NCBI RefSeq assembly: GCF_902713615.1
Contig: NW_024055427.1
Location: forward strand, 248,001 to 312,000
Reading direction: 5' to 3'
Length of the DNA: 64,000 nucleotides
Origin: Scyliorhinus canicula
Taxonomy: Eukaryota
In this document: piece by piece, positions 32,754 to 45,326 of the stretch
How the letters are laid out: each line of letters begins with the position of its first letter
Numbering within the stretch: the first letter of the stretch is position 1
Translations under genes and position numbers: made by a program
The notes under the pieces: generated by a model
The model's database searches: none
What the model was told of the DNA's origin: nothing
What the model saw: the letters and a program-made list of their open reading frames with translations, nothing else

Positions 32754-34517
32754 ATGGAAGGAAAAAGCATCATTCACAGTGGGGAGAAACCGTACACGTC
32801 ATCAGGCCCCATGAGACAGAAATGCAGTCACACTGAGGAGAAACCGTGGAAATGTGCGGACTGTGGGAAAGGATTCACTTCCCCATCCCAGCTGGAAACT
32901 CATCGACGTGTTCACACTGGGGAGAGACCATTCACCTGCTCCACCTGTGGGGAGGGATTCACTCAGTCATCCCACCTGCTGAGTCACCAGCGAGTTCACA
33001 CTGGGGAGAGACCATTCACCTGCTCCACCTGTGGGGAGGGATTCACTCAGTCATCCGCCCTGCTCAGTCACCAGCAAGTTCACACTGGGGAGAGACCGTT
33101 CACCTGCTCCACGTGTGGGAAGGGATTTGCTAAGTCATCCAACCTGCTGAGTCACCAGCGAGTTCACACCGGGGAGAGGCCATTCACCTGCTCCACGTGT
33201 GGGAAGGGATTCACTCAGTCATCTGCCCTGCTGAGTCACCAGCGAGTTCACACTGGGGAGAAACCATTCACCTGCTCCACCTGTGGGAAGGGATTCACTC
33301 AGTCATCCAACCTGCTGAGTCACCAGCGAGTTCACACTCGGGAGAGACCGTTCACCTGCTCCACGTGTGGGAAGGGATTCACTCAGTCATCCAACCTGCT
33401 GAGTCACCAGCGATTTCACACAGGGGAGAGACCATTCACCTGCTACACGTGTGGGAAGGGATTCACTCAGTCATCCGCCCTGCTCAGTCACCAGCGAGTT
33501 CACACTCTGGAGAGACCATTCACCTGCTCCACCTGTGGGAAGGGATTCACTCAGTCATCCACACTGCGGAAACACCAGCGAGTTCACACTGGGGAGAAAC
33601 TGTTCACCTGCATCGAGTGTGGGAAGGGATTCACTGAGTCATCCCACCTGCTGAGGCACCAACGAGTTCACACTGGGGAGAGGCCATTCACTTGCTCCAC
33701 GTGTGGGAAGAGATTCACTCAGTCATCCACACTGCGGAAACACCAGCGAATTCACACTGGGGAGAAACTGTTCACCTGCATCGAGTGTGGGAAGGGATTC
33801 ACTGAGTCATCCCACCTGCTGAGTCACCAGCGAATTCACACTGGGGAAAGGCCATTCACCTGCTCCACGTGTGGGAAGGGATTCACTCAGTCACCCCACC
33901 TGCTGAGTCACCAGCGAGTTCACACTGGGGAGAGACCGTTCACCTGCTCCACGTGTGGGATGGGATTCACTCAGTCATCCAACCTGCTGAGTCACCAGCG
34001 AGTTCACACTGGGGAGAGGCCATTCACCTGCTCCACGTGTGGGAAGGGATTCACTGAGTCATCCACACTGCAGAAACACCAGCGAGTTCACACTGGGGAG
34101 GAACCATTCACCTGCTCCACGTGTGGGAAGGGATTCACTCAGTCATCCAACCTGCTGAGTCACCAGCGAGTTCACACAGGGGAGAGGCCGTTCACCTGCT
34201 CCACGTGTGGGAAGGGATTCACTGAATCATCCACACTGCGGAAACACCAGCGGGTTCACATTGGTGAGAGACCGTTTCAATGTCCAGACTGTGGGAAGAG
34301 CTATAAAAGTTCTGGGGAATTGATGTGCCATCAACGTGTTCACACTGACGAGAGACCGTTCAGGTGCTCTCACTGTGGGACTGGGTTCAGACAATCATCT
34401 TGCCTCACTGCACATCAGCGAATTCACACCGGGGAGAGGCCATTGACCTGCTCCGAGTGTGGGAAGGGATTCACTCTGTTATCCCACCTGCTGAGACACC
34501 AACGAGGCCACAAGTAA
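32754..34517 (+). CDS. C2H2 zinc-finger protein Z1, 20 fingers, no effector domain seen
   Basis: Acceptor at 32645, ATG 32754 (MEGKS...), HTGERPF linkers, AATAAA at 34639. Confidence 0.88.
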   Translation: MEGKSIIHSGEKPYTSSGPMRQKCSHTEEKPWKCADCGKGFTSPSQLETHRRVHTGERPFTCSTCGEGFTQSSHLLSHQRVHTGERPFTCSTCGEGFTQSSALLSHQQVHTGERPFTCSTCGKGFAKSSNLLSHQRVHTGERPFTCSTCGKGFTQSSALLSHQRVHTGEKPFTCSTCGKGFTQSSNLLSHQRVHTRERPFTCSTCGKGFTQSSNLLSHQRFHTGERPFTCYTCGKGFTQSSALLSHQRVHTLERPFTCSTCGKGFTQSSTLRKHQRVHTGEKLFTCIECGKGFTESSHLLRHQRVHTGERPFTCSTCGKRFTQSSTLRKHQRIHTGEKLFTCIECGKGFTESSHLLSHQRIHTGERPFTCSTCGKGFTQSPHLLSHQRVHTGERPFTCSTCGMGFTQSSNLLSHQRVHTGERPFTCSTCGKGFTESSTLQKHQRVHTGEEPFTCSTCGKGFTQSSNLLSHQRVHTGERPFTCSTCGKGFTESSTLRKHQRVHIGERPFQCPDCGKSYKSSGELMCHQRVHTDERPFRCSHCGTGFRQSSCLTAHQRIHTGERPLTCSECGKGFTLLSHLLRHQRGHK

Positions 34518-34882
34518 CCACAGTGATTGGATTTTGCTGTTACTCACACTCAGGACTGAACCATGTTCATTTGGGTCTCTTTCTCCTGATAACAAACTCC
34601 AGCCCATTTACAGGGGCTAATATTCTGGCTGAAAGTTAAATAAATTAGAATTATGTTAAATACGCAGTGTTGAAATTTTTTAATATCTCTGACACAAGTT
34701 TGTTCCTTTTGAAGTACTCTCGCTCTCCCCTGTCTCTTCCATCTTCACCTCCAACAAGAAGTGTGAGGAGCCTGTGGAGATTCTTTGTGACTGAGATTGA
34801 GTCAATCCGATCAGCTGCCTCTGCTGCTTCCCTCCCTTCCACGATCCCACCGGACCAAACTGTCTCTAAATTTCATCCTTTT

Positions 34883-37800
34883 GACTTCTGGTGCCGGCCA
34901 TGGAGTAGGAGGTCGGGCATTTGGGAGCTCCCGCTCGTGACGGACCTTTTCTCACGATTTGTTTCGGAATTCTATTAGAAACATCGGTGGAGAGTGAGAC
35001 AGTGAGGAGAAATTCCCCACCAGTACGTGGAGCCGTGGACCAGAAATGGTCGTAAAAGAAGAATTAGTTGAGCAGAGAAGGTGACTGTAGAACCTGCAGC
35101 ACGGGAAAGCATGGCAGAGGCGCAGGATCCCGGTTTGGTGGCACAGTGGTCAATGTTACTGCGGGTGGAGTTCATTCAGGAGAGCGTCACCAAGCAAATG
35201 AAGGCAACCTAATTAAGGCAAGGATTGATTGGGTGGACAGGGGCTGGAAGCCCATGGACCGGCGATCCAGAAGGTGGCTGAGCACGAGGACCATTTAACC
35301 GCTTTGGAGGTGGAGGTGGGGCTGATGAGGGACCACCAGAAAAAGTTGCAGGAGGACCTGGAGAACAGGTCCCAGAGACAGAACCTGAGGATTGTCGGCC
35401 TCCTGGAGGGCAGTGAAGGGTCGGACGCAAGGGCATGTGTGAGAAATATGCTCGAAAAGCTGATGGGAGATGGGGCGTTTTGTCGACCCTTGGAAGTAGA
35501 TAGAGCGTTTGCGAGGTAGTCGCGAGCGATATGTACCTCCGAGGGTGATCCGGGTGCGAATGCACCGGTTCCTGGATAAGGAGCGGATTTTGCGGTGGGC
35601 AAAGCAGACACTGAGCTGCAAGTGGGAGAACTGTGAGCTGCGCATCTACCAGGACCTGGGCGTGAAACTGGCCAAAAGACGAGCTGGATTCAATAGGGTA
35701 AAATCGGCCCTCTTCAAGAAGGGGGTGAAGTTTGGGTTGTTATACCCAATGCATCTGTGGGTCACGTATGAGGGCCAAGAACTTTACCTTGAATCGCCGG
35801 ACGAAGCGATGGACTTTATCAAAGACAAAAGGCTGGCAGGGGTTTGAGGGCATTGAACCTTGGGGGAGGGTATTGCGGTATCGATTCTGTTAAAGTTTCC
35901 TTAGTTTTGATCTGTATATGCAGTGCTCTCTGTGTAACAGTTTTTTAGGCCGTTGCTTAGATTTGTAAGTTAACTTTATTTCAGTAGGTAGATGGTGGAG
36001 GGATTTTTTTCTACTGTATGTTGATTGGGGACTGTGATGTTTTGAATATGTATGTTCGAGCGGGGGGGGGGGGGAGGGATAGGATGTCTGGCGCCATGGG
36101 TGGGTTGCCAGGCTCGGTGGGCTAAATCACGTCACGGAAGTGCAGTGGGGGAGGGGGTAGTGAGCATGTGGTAAGTTTGTTAAGGGGGGTTGGGATTCTT
36201 GTGCTGCTAATAGTGGGGCGGAGGGGGAAGCGGGAGCTGCTCTGCTGACAGAGGAGAAACTGTTGCTGAGAGACAAAAGGGGAGGTCAAGGACAGTGGAT
36301 GCCCGAAGGCGGGCCAATGGAGGTGAGGGACGCGAGCTGGAGGCAGGCCTAAGAAGGGTGATCAGTAGTTGGAACATTAGAGGGCTGAATGGGCTGGTTA
36401 AGAGGGCTCACATGTTCACACATTTGAAGGGATTGAAGGCGAACGTGGCAATGTTACAGGAGACACACCTGAGAGCAATAGATCAGACCAGATTGAGGAA
36501 GGGATGGGTCAGCCAAGTATTTCATTTCAGTGCTGGACTCTTAAGACTAGCGGGGTCGCGATCCTGATCAACAAACGGGTGGCATTTGAGGCAGGGAGAA
36601 TAGTGGTGGACGTTGGGGAAAGTTCATCATGGTGAGTGGAAAGCTTGAGGGGATGCTGGTGGTACTTGTGAATATATATGCACCAAACCGGGACAGTGTG
36701 GAATTCATGAGGGTGTTGGGTAAGATCCCAGACCTAGATTTGCATAAGCTGATCATGGGGGGGGGGGGGGGGGGGGGGGCTTCAGTACGGTTATTGACCC
36801 AAGGTTGGACCGGTCGAGGTCAAGGACAGGGAGGGTACCAACAGTAGCGAAGGAACTTGAAGGGGTTCATGGAGTAGATGGGGTGGGGGGTGGTAGACCC
36901 ATGGAGGTTTCGGACGGCCAAGAGTGAAGGAGTTTTCTTTTTTCTCCAATGTGCACAAAGCGTACTCCCGGACCGACTGTTTTATTCTGAGCAGGGCTTT
37001 ACTGGCGAGACGGTTGATATTGAATATTCGGCAATTGTTGTGTCGGACCATGCCCCACATTGGGTGGATTTACGGGTGAGTAAGGGAGAGGGTAGCGCCC
37101 GCAATGGAGGTTGGGTGTGGGACTGTTAGCGGATGAGGGGGTGTGCGGGTGGGTGAGGGAGTCTATCCAGAACTATTTGGAAATAAATAACACGGGGGAA
37201 GTCTCAGCAGCAACAGTTTGGGAAGTGCTGATGGCAGTGGTTGGGGGGGGAGTTAATGTTGATATGGGCCCATGAGGGAAAAGGTGGAGCGAGCAGAGGG
37301 ATAGGCTGTTGGAGAAATACTCCAGGTGGACAGGACATATTCAGAGGCCCCGGAGGCGGGGTTATTGAAGGAGCGGCAGAGGCTACAAAAGGAGTTTGAG
37401 CTGTTATCTGCAGGGAAGGCGGTGGAGCAATTGAGGAAGGCGAGGGGGGGCGGTATATGAGTACGGTGAGAAGGCCAGTACGATGCTAGCGCATGAGCTG
37501 AGGAAAAGGGAGGTGGCCAGGGAGATAAGAAGAGTGAAGGACAGAGGTGGGAACCCGGTCTTGGACCCAGCAGGGGTGAGCGGGGTGTTTAAGGAGTTTT
37601 ACTGCAGGCTATATGAGTCAGAACCCCCAGCTGAGGTAGAGAGGTGAGGCAGTTTCTGGGTGAGTTGAAGTTCCGAAGGTGGATGAAGGACTGGTGGAGG
37701 GATTGGGAGCCCTGATTGGAATTGAAGAAATAGCAGAAAGGCTGGAGGCCATGCAGTCGGGTAAGGCCCCGGGACTGAACGGCTACCCAGTGGAATTTTA

Positions 37801-39147
37801 TAAGAAGTTCTCGGAGATGCTGGGCCCGCTGCTGGTGAGGGTATTTAATGAGGCAAGGGAGCGGGGTTCCTTCCCCCAACAATGTCACAGGCCTCGATCC
37901 TGAAGCGGGTGATGGACCCTGAGCTATGCGGGTCATATAGGCCAATCTCCGTATTGAACGTGGATGCCAAACTGTTGGCCAGAATATTGGCCTCAAGGCT
38001 AGAGGGCTGTGTCCCTGAGGTGATAAGGGAAGACCAGACGGGGTTTGTGAAGGGCAGTCAACTTACGGCCAATGTCAGAAGGCTCTTAAACGTTATGAGA
38101 GGTGGGAGAGGGAAAGGATATCTACAAAGAACTCATGGAGTCGAGGGAAACTCAGATAGAGGAGCTAAAGGGCAAATGGGAAGAGGAGCTCTGGGAAGGA
38201 TAGAGGCAGGTCTGTGGGCGGATGCCTTGAGCAGAGTCAATACATCCTCATCATGTGCCAGGCTCAGCCTGATACAATTTATGGTCGTTCACAGCGCAGA
38301 CATTTAAAAAAAAATGTAGAGTACCCAATTTATTTTTTCCAATTAAAGGGCATGTTAGCGTGGCCAATCCACCTAGTCTACACATCTTGGGGTTGTGGGG
38401 GCGAAACTCACGCAAACACAGGCATAATGTGCAAACTCCACACAGACAGTGACCCAGAGCCGGGATTGAACCTGGGACTTTGGCGCCGTGAGGCAGCGAT
38501 TCTAACCACTGTGCCACCGTGCTGCCCCGTTCACCGGGCACACATGCCGGTGGCCTGGATGAGCAGGTTTTTTGGGGTAGAGGTGGGGGGGGGGGGGGGG
38601 GGTCAGCTAGTCATGTCCATATGTTCTGGGCCTGCCTGAAGCTTGGGGGATTCTGGCAGGGTTTTGCAGATGTCATGTCCACGGCCCTAAAAACACGGGT
38701 GGTGCTGAGCCCAGAGGTGCAGGATTTTGGAGTGTCGGCAGTCCAGGGGGCGAGAGAGGCTGATGTCTTGGCCTTTGCCTCCCTGGTAGCCCGGAGACGG
38801 ATATTGCTAGCGTGGAGGGACTTGAAGCCCCCGGAATCAGAGATCTGGGTTAGCGGCATGGCTGGATTTCTCAGACTTGAAAAATCAAGTTTGCCCTCAG
38901 AGGGTCAACGCTCGGGTTTATCAGGAGGTGGCAGCCGTTTGTCGACTTCTTTAGAGAAAATTAACTGTCAGCAGAGGCACAAAACTTAAAGGGGGATAGT
39001 TAGGCTATTCTCTGCTGAGGGTAGGAGGGACTTGTTAGGGATGGAGATAATTTATGCACGATGTTTTATGTGGATTTGCATTGTTTACTGTTCTCACTTA
39101 TTATTATAAAATTACAAAACCTTAACAAAATGTATTTTTAAAAAAAT
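34883..39147 (+). mobile_element. Degenerate L1-clade LINE with internal RT deletion
   Basis: ORF1 LENRSQRQNLRIVG / IYQDL / FGLLYP; APE SWNIRGL..MLQETHL; LNVDAKLLARILASRL..DQTGFVKG then a jump to the C-terminal region; A tail. Confidence 0.88.
38305..38527 (-). mobile_element. HE1-type SINE inside the L1
   Basis: HE1 core, head ending GTGCTGCCC. Confidence 0.8.
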
Positions 39148-39292
39148 CAACATCACCAAAATCAGATCATCTGCACATTGCCACATTGCTGTTTGTGGCA
39201 TGTTGCTTTGTGGAAATTGGCTGCTGCATTTCCTAGAACAGTGACGACACTTTGGGACATGCTGGGGTTATGAAAGGCGCGACAGAAGTGCA

Positions 39293-40017
39293 TGTTTTAA
39301 ATTGAAGATTGATGCTTTTTGATCCTTAATTGATTTCAGACATCCCCAATTAATAAATTTGCTTTGGTTCAGACAAGACTTTATTAACCAATTAAATCAA
39401 AGGCAGAATTCTGGACAGTAAATTTAAAAAGGAGTTTTTTTAAAGAAAAGCTTTACTGACTGACTTGAAGACATTTACATTTACAACTTCATGCAGGTGA
39501 TCAGTCTGTGGAAGCGTAACCCTCCCTGGCTCCTTCTTTGACACTAATTTCCTTGGAACTCGGCCTCGAGAGTCTTCAGTACTTGGCCAGCAAGGAAGAC
39601 CTTCGGAACCTCGACTTTTACCCCCAAAGTGACCATTACCTCATGTCAGAGTTGGGGCTGTGGTAACATGACCATTGGTTAATTGGGCACCAGTTTAATT
39701 TAATTGGATGTTTAATTACTGACACCACCTTCTCTCATTACCTTTGACAGGAATACAATTGAACAGCTTCATACTATCCCTTTATCTGATTCTGTACAAC
39801 CCCTTATTCAAACAGTTTCAAATGTTGAGGCTAATCAGAGTTGGAAGGTCTCCCTTGCCGGTACATTTATCCTCATCGCATTCTTTATATACACAGCGAT
39901 TAAGCTTTTATATTTTTACAACAAATAAAACTCAGACTTTTACTATAACTACTGATTCATTATTGTTTAATTAATTGTAACTCAATTAAGGATCACTACT
40001 TATTTAATCACGTTACA
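39293..40017 (-). mobile_element. Possible solo LTR
   Basis: Minus strand starts TGTAACGTG, has GGGGTAAAAG and AATAAA, ends AAAACA; no TSD found. Confidence 0.3.
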
Positions 40018-40289
40018 GATTGGTAGCTAATTAATACAATTTTTAATTGATACATTTGATACAAGATACACTAGGTCACTTACGCTTCACACGGTGTCTG
40101 TGTCTATGTATTTACATTGTGTATTTATCGGATGTCCTAGATTGTTTCATGTATGGAACGATCTGTCTGGACTGTAGGCAGAACAATACTTTTCACTGTA
40201 CCTCGGGAAACGTGACAATAAATCAAATCCAATCAAAGAGACAGTTTCTTACTAATCTTCAGATTGAACAATGAGCCTTCTTAAGAATT

Positions 40290-41190
40290 ATTCATTAATG
40301 GGAGGTGGGTGTCACTGGCTGGACCAGCATTTACTGCACATTCCAATTGCCCTTGAACTGCGTGTCTTGTGAGGCTATTTCAGAGGAGGCTTACAAACCA
40401 ACCACAACATTGCTGTGGATCTGGAGTCACATGTAGACCAGGCCACGTAAGGAGAGCAGATTCCAAAAGGACATTAATGAACCAAATGGGTTTTTACAAC
40501 AATCATCAATGTCATAAATCGACTTTTAATTTGAGATTTTATTCAAATTCAATATCTGTCATAGGCAGATTCAATCCCAGATCCCCAGAGCATTAACCTG
40601 GGTCTCTGGATTACTCGCCCAGTAACAATACCATTACTCCACTGCCCAGCCCACATATTCTTGGCAGAATATGGTGTCTTGTAACTTCTCAAAATTATAA
40701 AAGTAATTTATTTTTCAAACAAATTCTGATAGCTCTGCAGTTTCTGGAAACATTTTGGTTGATTGTGTTATTTTTAAAATTAAAGATCTAGTCTTTGCAA
40801 TATAATTACCTAATACACCAATTCACTAATGATAATCAATGTTAACTACTGAATAATCATGAATTTAATTCTTGTTTATTGCTATGAAATCAATACGTAG
40901 TTCATACAGAAACGGTACAGGTGAAATGGCTGCAGGAAGCCACATATTAGAGACATAAAAGGGCTTCCTTGACCTTATTACTAATGACAGTGAATGCACT
41001 ATGAAAATAACAATTTAAAACCTAAATGTGATTATATATGCGTACTTACAGCTTCCTACATTACAACAGTGAATACATTTCAAAAGTACTCCATTGGCTT
41101 TAAAACACTTCAGGTGGTCCAGTGGTAGTGAGACGTTTTATAAAAATGTACATTTGTTCTAATTGTCCACAAACAAGGATATATTACACT
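40290..41190 (-). repeat. Inverted duplicate of 27970-28800
   Basis: Colinear reverse-complement match including an embedded repeat fragment. Confidence 0.85.
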
Positions 41191-42849
41191 CGGTGTCCTC
41201 ACCAAAATCATTGATAAAGATTGGGTCTTATTTAGTGTAATAACCACAGCATTGGCACCATTTTGAATACTGTGAAACTCCAGACACACCATACGCACAA
41301 TTATATGCTGTAAAACACAGCGAATCGTTGTGATTTGTAATGCACTGTCCATTTGCAATGAGGTGCTGGAATCTCATTGGACTGTAACTTCCAAAAGGGA
41401 ATTTGGTACATTCTGAAAAAGAAAACAAAATAGTCCAACTCTGGGATTAAATGGGTTGCTGTACAAAGAGCTGGCATGGGAAAAATGGGCCAAATAGACT
41501 TCTCAGTGCTCGAGAAGCCTTGTGTACATGTAAAGCGAGTGGTAACGACCTGGAACCTACTGCCTATGAGGGTAGGAGATGCAGAGATGACAGAAGGATT
41601 TCAATAGGAAATTGGACAGGCACTCAGAGAAATAAACCCACAGGGATTTGGGGATAGAACGGGGCAATGGGCAGACTGGCTTCCTCCACAGAGAGCCAAC
41701 ACGGTCTCAAAGGGCTGAATGGCCTCATTCCCCACCCTCCAGATGCTGTGATCTCGGGAGAAATTCAGCAGCTCCAGTCACTCCAACTAACTGGAGTCCC
41801 TCATCTCTGGTGCCATTCTCATTAATGTCCTCTACACCCCAAGAACATCACATCTTTCCGAAAGTGGGGAGCCCATACATAGGGTTCCATTGCAGAGGGA
41901 TAGAATTGAAAAGCACAGAGGAAATGTTCAGCTTGTTTAGAACGATGGTTAGACTACACTGGGAGCTCTGTCAACATTGGTGATCTCCATTTCGATAAAG
42001 GAAATAGAGGCACTGGATAAGGTGCAACAAAGATTCATAATATACAGAACTGAGAGCATTTAACACTCAGGAAAGGCTGGAGCTGCTTTTTTCTGGAAAA
42101 GCAAAGGCTGATGGGTGATCTGGTGGAAGTCTTTGAGATTATGAAGGGATTCAATAATCCAATAGGAATTTCAGTGGAAACCTCTTTCCCCAGCGAGTGG
42201 TGAGAATGTGGAACCCGTTACCACAGCGAGTGGTTGAGGTGAACAGCATGAATCCATTGAACGTAAAGCTAGAGACATACACAGAGGGAGAAAGGAATAG
42301 AGGATATGCTGATGGGGAGATGTAGAGGGGTGGGTGGAGAATCATGTGGAGCGTAAATATTGACAAAGTCCATGGCTAACCTCAGCCGGTATGGGAATTT
42401 AACCTGTGCTGTTGGTGTCACTCAGCACAAACCAGCCATCCAGCCAACTGAGCTAACCAATCCCAGTGTAAATCTGTAATAATTCCTTCAATATTACTGA
42501 TTGCCTGTCTCCCACCACACTATTTAATGAAGTTTCCCAGTGCACCTCAGACAACTTGCCCCTCATACCCTGATTGTTTTCTTCTGTGAGAAGCATGAAG
42601 ATAAATTAAACAAAAGAATTATGTAACCACCATAGCCCATCTTCATGGCAATGAAGCATGATTTTTGGGGTTTCCAAACAGAAATAGCAATGAAACATCT
42701 TTTAACCGCCAAACCCCTTTCACTCCTTGTGAAATGTGAAACCAGATATTCGCAAGAAGGCTCAGAGAGAATCAGCCCACTAGAGGCGAAGCCGTGAGAC
42801 CAGCCAGTCCAGCAGAAAGAAACCCTCTGACCATCCCCATTGACCAACA

Positions 42850-43050
42850 GAATGAACAAAATGCAGTCCTGGATGTAATTGAGAACAGAAACAATAACAG
42901 CAGAATCCAATCCCTGTAATCTGTTGTGAACATGTTGTTGTCTCAGAAAGTTCAATAAATTACTAAATCCCATCGCACATTGAGAGCAGGCGAACGGCCT
43001 CTTCCCAGTATGAACTCCCTGGTGTGACTGCAGATGGCATACCGAGTGAA
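42850..43050 (-). pseudogene. Detached 3' end (last fingers) of zinc-finger gene Z2
   Basis: HLQSHQGVHTGKRPFACSQCAMGFSNLLNFLRQQHVHNRLQGLDSAV; family-typical 3' end; joins 45312 across the CR1. Confidence 0.8.
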
Positions 43051-45311
43051 TTGTGAAAATAGATGTAAACGGGAGTGAGATCATCAGGATTATGGAGACA
43101 TGGCTGCAGGATGACCAGGGATGGGAATTGAATCTATTCAGTATTTAGGAAGGACAGACAAAAAGGAAAAGGCAGTGGAGTGGCAGTGCTGGTTAAAGAG
43201 TAAATTAATGTAATAGGAAGGATATTAGCTCCAACAATGTGGAATCTGTATGGGTGGAGCTGAGAAACACCAAGGGGCAAAAAACTTAGTGGGCATCGTA
43301 TATAGACCCCCAAACTGCAGTGGTGATGTTGGGAATGGCATAAAACAGGAAATCAGGCTGATTGTATCAGAGGCGACAAAGAAATGGGTGAGAAAATAAA
43401 TACATAATTTGCTGCTTTCTTCACAAAGCAGATACCAGAAATGTTGGGAAGCGCCGGATTTAGTGAGAGGGAGGAACTGAAGGAGCTCAATATTAGGAGA
43501 GAAATGGTGTTGGTGAAATTGATGGGATTGAAGGGTGGTAAATCCCCAGGGTCTGATAATCTGCAACCGAAGTACTTAGGGAAGTCGTGTAGAAATAGTG
43601 GATGCAACGGTGGTCATCTTCCAGGATTCTATAGACTCTGGAACAGTTCCTGCAGATTGGCTTATGTAATTCCACCATTTAAAAAGAGATAGAGAGAGAA
43701 AACAGGGAATTATAGACCAGCAAATCAGACATCGGCAGTGGGGAAAATTCTAGACTCCATTCTCATAGATTTTATAGCAAAGCACTGAGAAACGAGTGGC
43801 AGGATCGGACAGTCAGCATGGATTTATGAAGGGACAATCATGCTTGACAAATCTACTGGAATTCTTCAAGGGTGTAACTGGTAGAGTTAACGAGGGGCAG
43901 CCAGTGGATGTGATATTTGGACTTTCAGATGGCTTTTGACCAAAGTCCCGCATAAGAGATTAATGTGTAAAATTAAAGCACTTGGAATTAGGGGTAGTGA
44001 ATTGATATGGATAGAAAACTGGTTGGCAGACAGGAAACAGAGTAGGAATTAATGGTCTTTTTCAAACTGGAAGGCAGTGACTAGTGGGATACCACAGGGA
44101 TCGGTGCTAGGACCTGAGATATTCACAAGATATATTTATGATTTTAAGAAAAATTTAAAGTACCCAATTCCTTTTTACCAATTGAGGGGCAATTGAGCGT
44201 GGCCAATTCACCTACCCTGCACTTCTTTGGGTTATGGGGATGAGACCACGGAGACACTTGTATCCACACGGACAGTGACCCGGGGCAGGATTAAACACTG
44301 GTCCACAGCACAGTGAGGCAACAGTGATAACCACTGCAACACCCTATATATTAATGATTTGGTGAGGGAGGAAAATCCAATATCTCCAAATTTGCAGATG
44401 ACACCACTTTGCGTGTGTGTGGGGGGGGGGGGGGGGGGGGGGTCTGTGAGGAGGATGCAGAGATCCTTCATTGTGATTTGGACAAGTTGAGTGAGTGGGC
44501 AAATGAATGGCAGATGCAGTATAATTTGTAGAAATGCGAGGTTGTCCACTTTGACAACAAAAACGAGACGGCGGGCTATTATCTGAACGGCCATAAATTA
44601 GGAGAGGGGAATGTGCTACGAGACCTGGGTATCCTTGTACACCAGTCACTGAAGGTAAGCATGCAGCTACAGCAGGCGGTAAATAAGGCAAATGCTGTGC
44701 TAGCCTTCATTGCGAGCGGATTCAAGTACAGGAGCAGGAATATCTTGCTGTTATTACACAGGGCCTTGGTGAGGCCATACCTGGAATATTGTGAGCAGTA
44801 TTGGGCTCCTTATCTGAGGAAGGATGTTCTTGCTCAGGTGGAAGTGCAGCGAAGGTTTACGAGACTGATTCCTGGAATGGTGGGACTGACGTATGAGAGA
44901 TTGAATCAGTTAGGATTGTATCCACTGGAGTTCAGAAGAATGGGGGATCTCATAGAAACCTATATTATCCTAACAGGACTTAACAGGGTAGATGCAGGAA
45001 AGATTTTCCCGATGGTGGGAGGGTACAGAACCAGAGGTCGCAGTCTGAGGATACGGGGTAGACCATTTAGGACAGAGATTCTCCCTCTGTGTACCTGAAC
45101 AGGCGCCGGAATGTGGCGACTGGGGGCTTTTCACAGTAACTTCATTTCAATGTAAGTGTACTTGTGACAAACAAGTTTATTAATTAATTAAAGATATGGA
45201 AGGGAAAGCAGAATTAGGCTATGAATGATAAGCCATTATCATAATGAATGGCAGAGCAGGCGCAAAGAGCCAAATGATCTGTTCCTGCTCCTATATTTCT
45301 ATGTTTCTATG
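43051..45311 (+). mobile_element. Old degenerate CR1 inserted in the Z2 exon (contains HE1 at ~44150-44345 and a SINE fragment at ~45093-45175)
   Basis: Broken APE/RT motifs (IVYRPPN, KFADDT, RPYLEYC); CTATGTTTCTATG tail; AAT duplicated at the junctions. Confidence 0.85.
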
Positions 45312-45326
45312 TAATCCCTTCCCACA

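Noticed and set aside
34520-34650. SECIS element in the conserved ZNF 3' end that would explain the TGA codons
   Set aside because: No AUGA/GA quartet with an apical AA found by eye; a SECIS search would be needed, so it is unsupported
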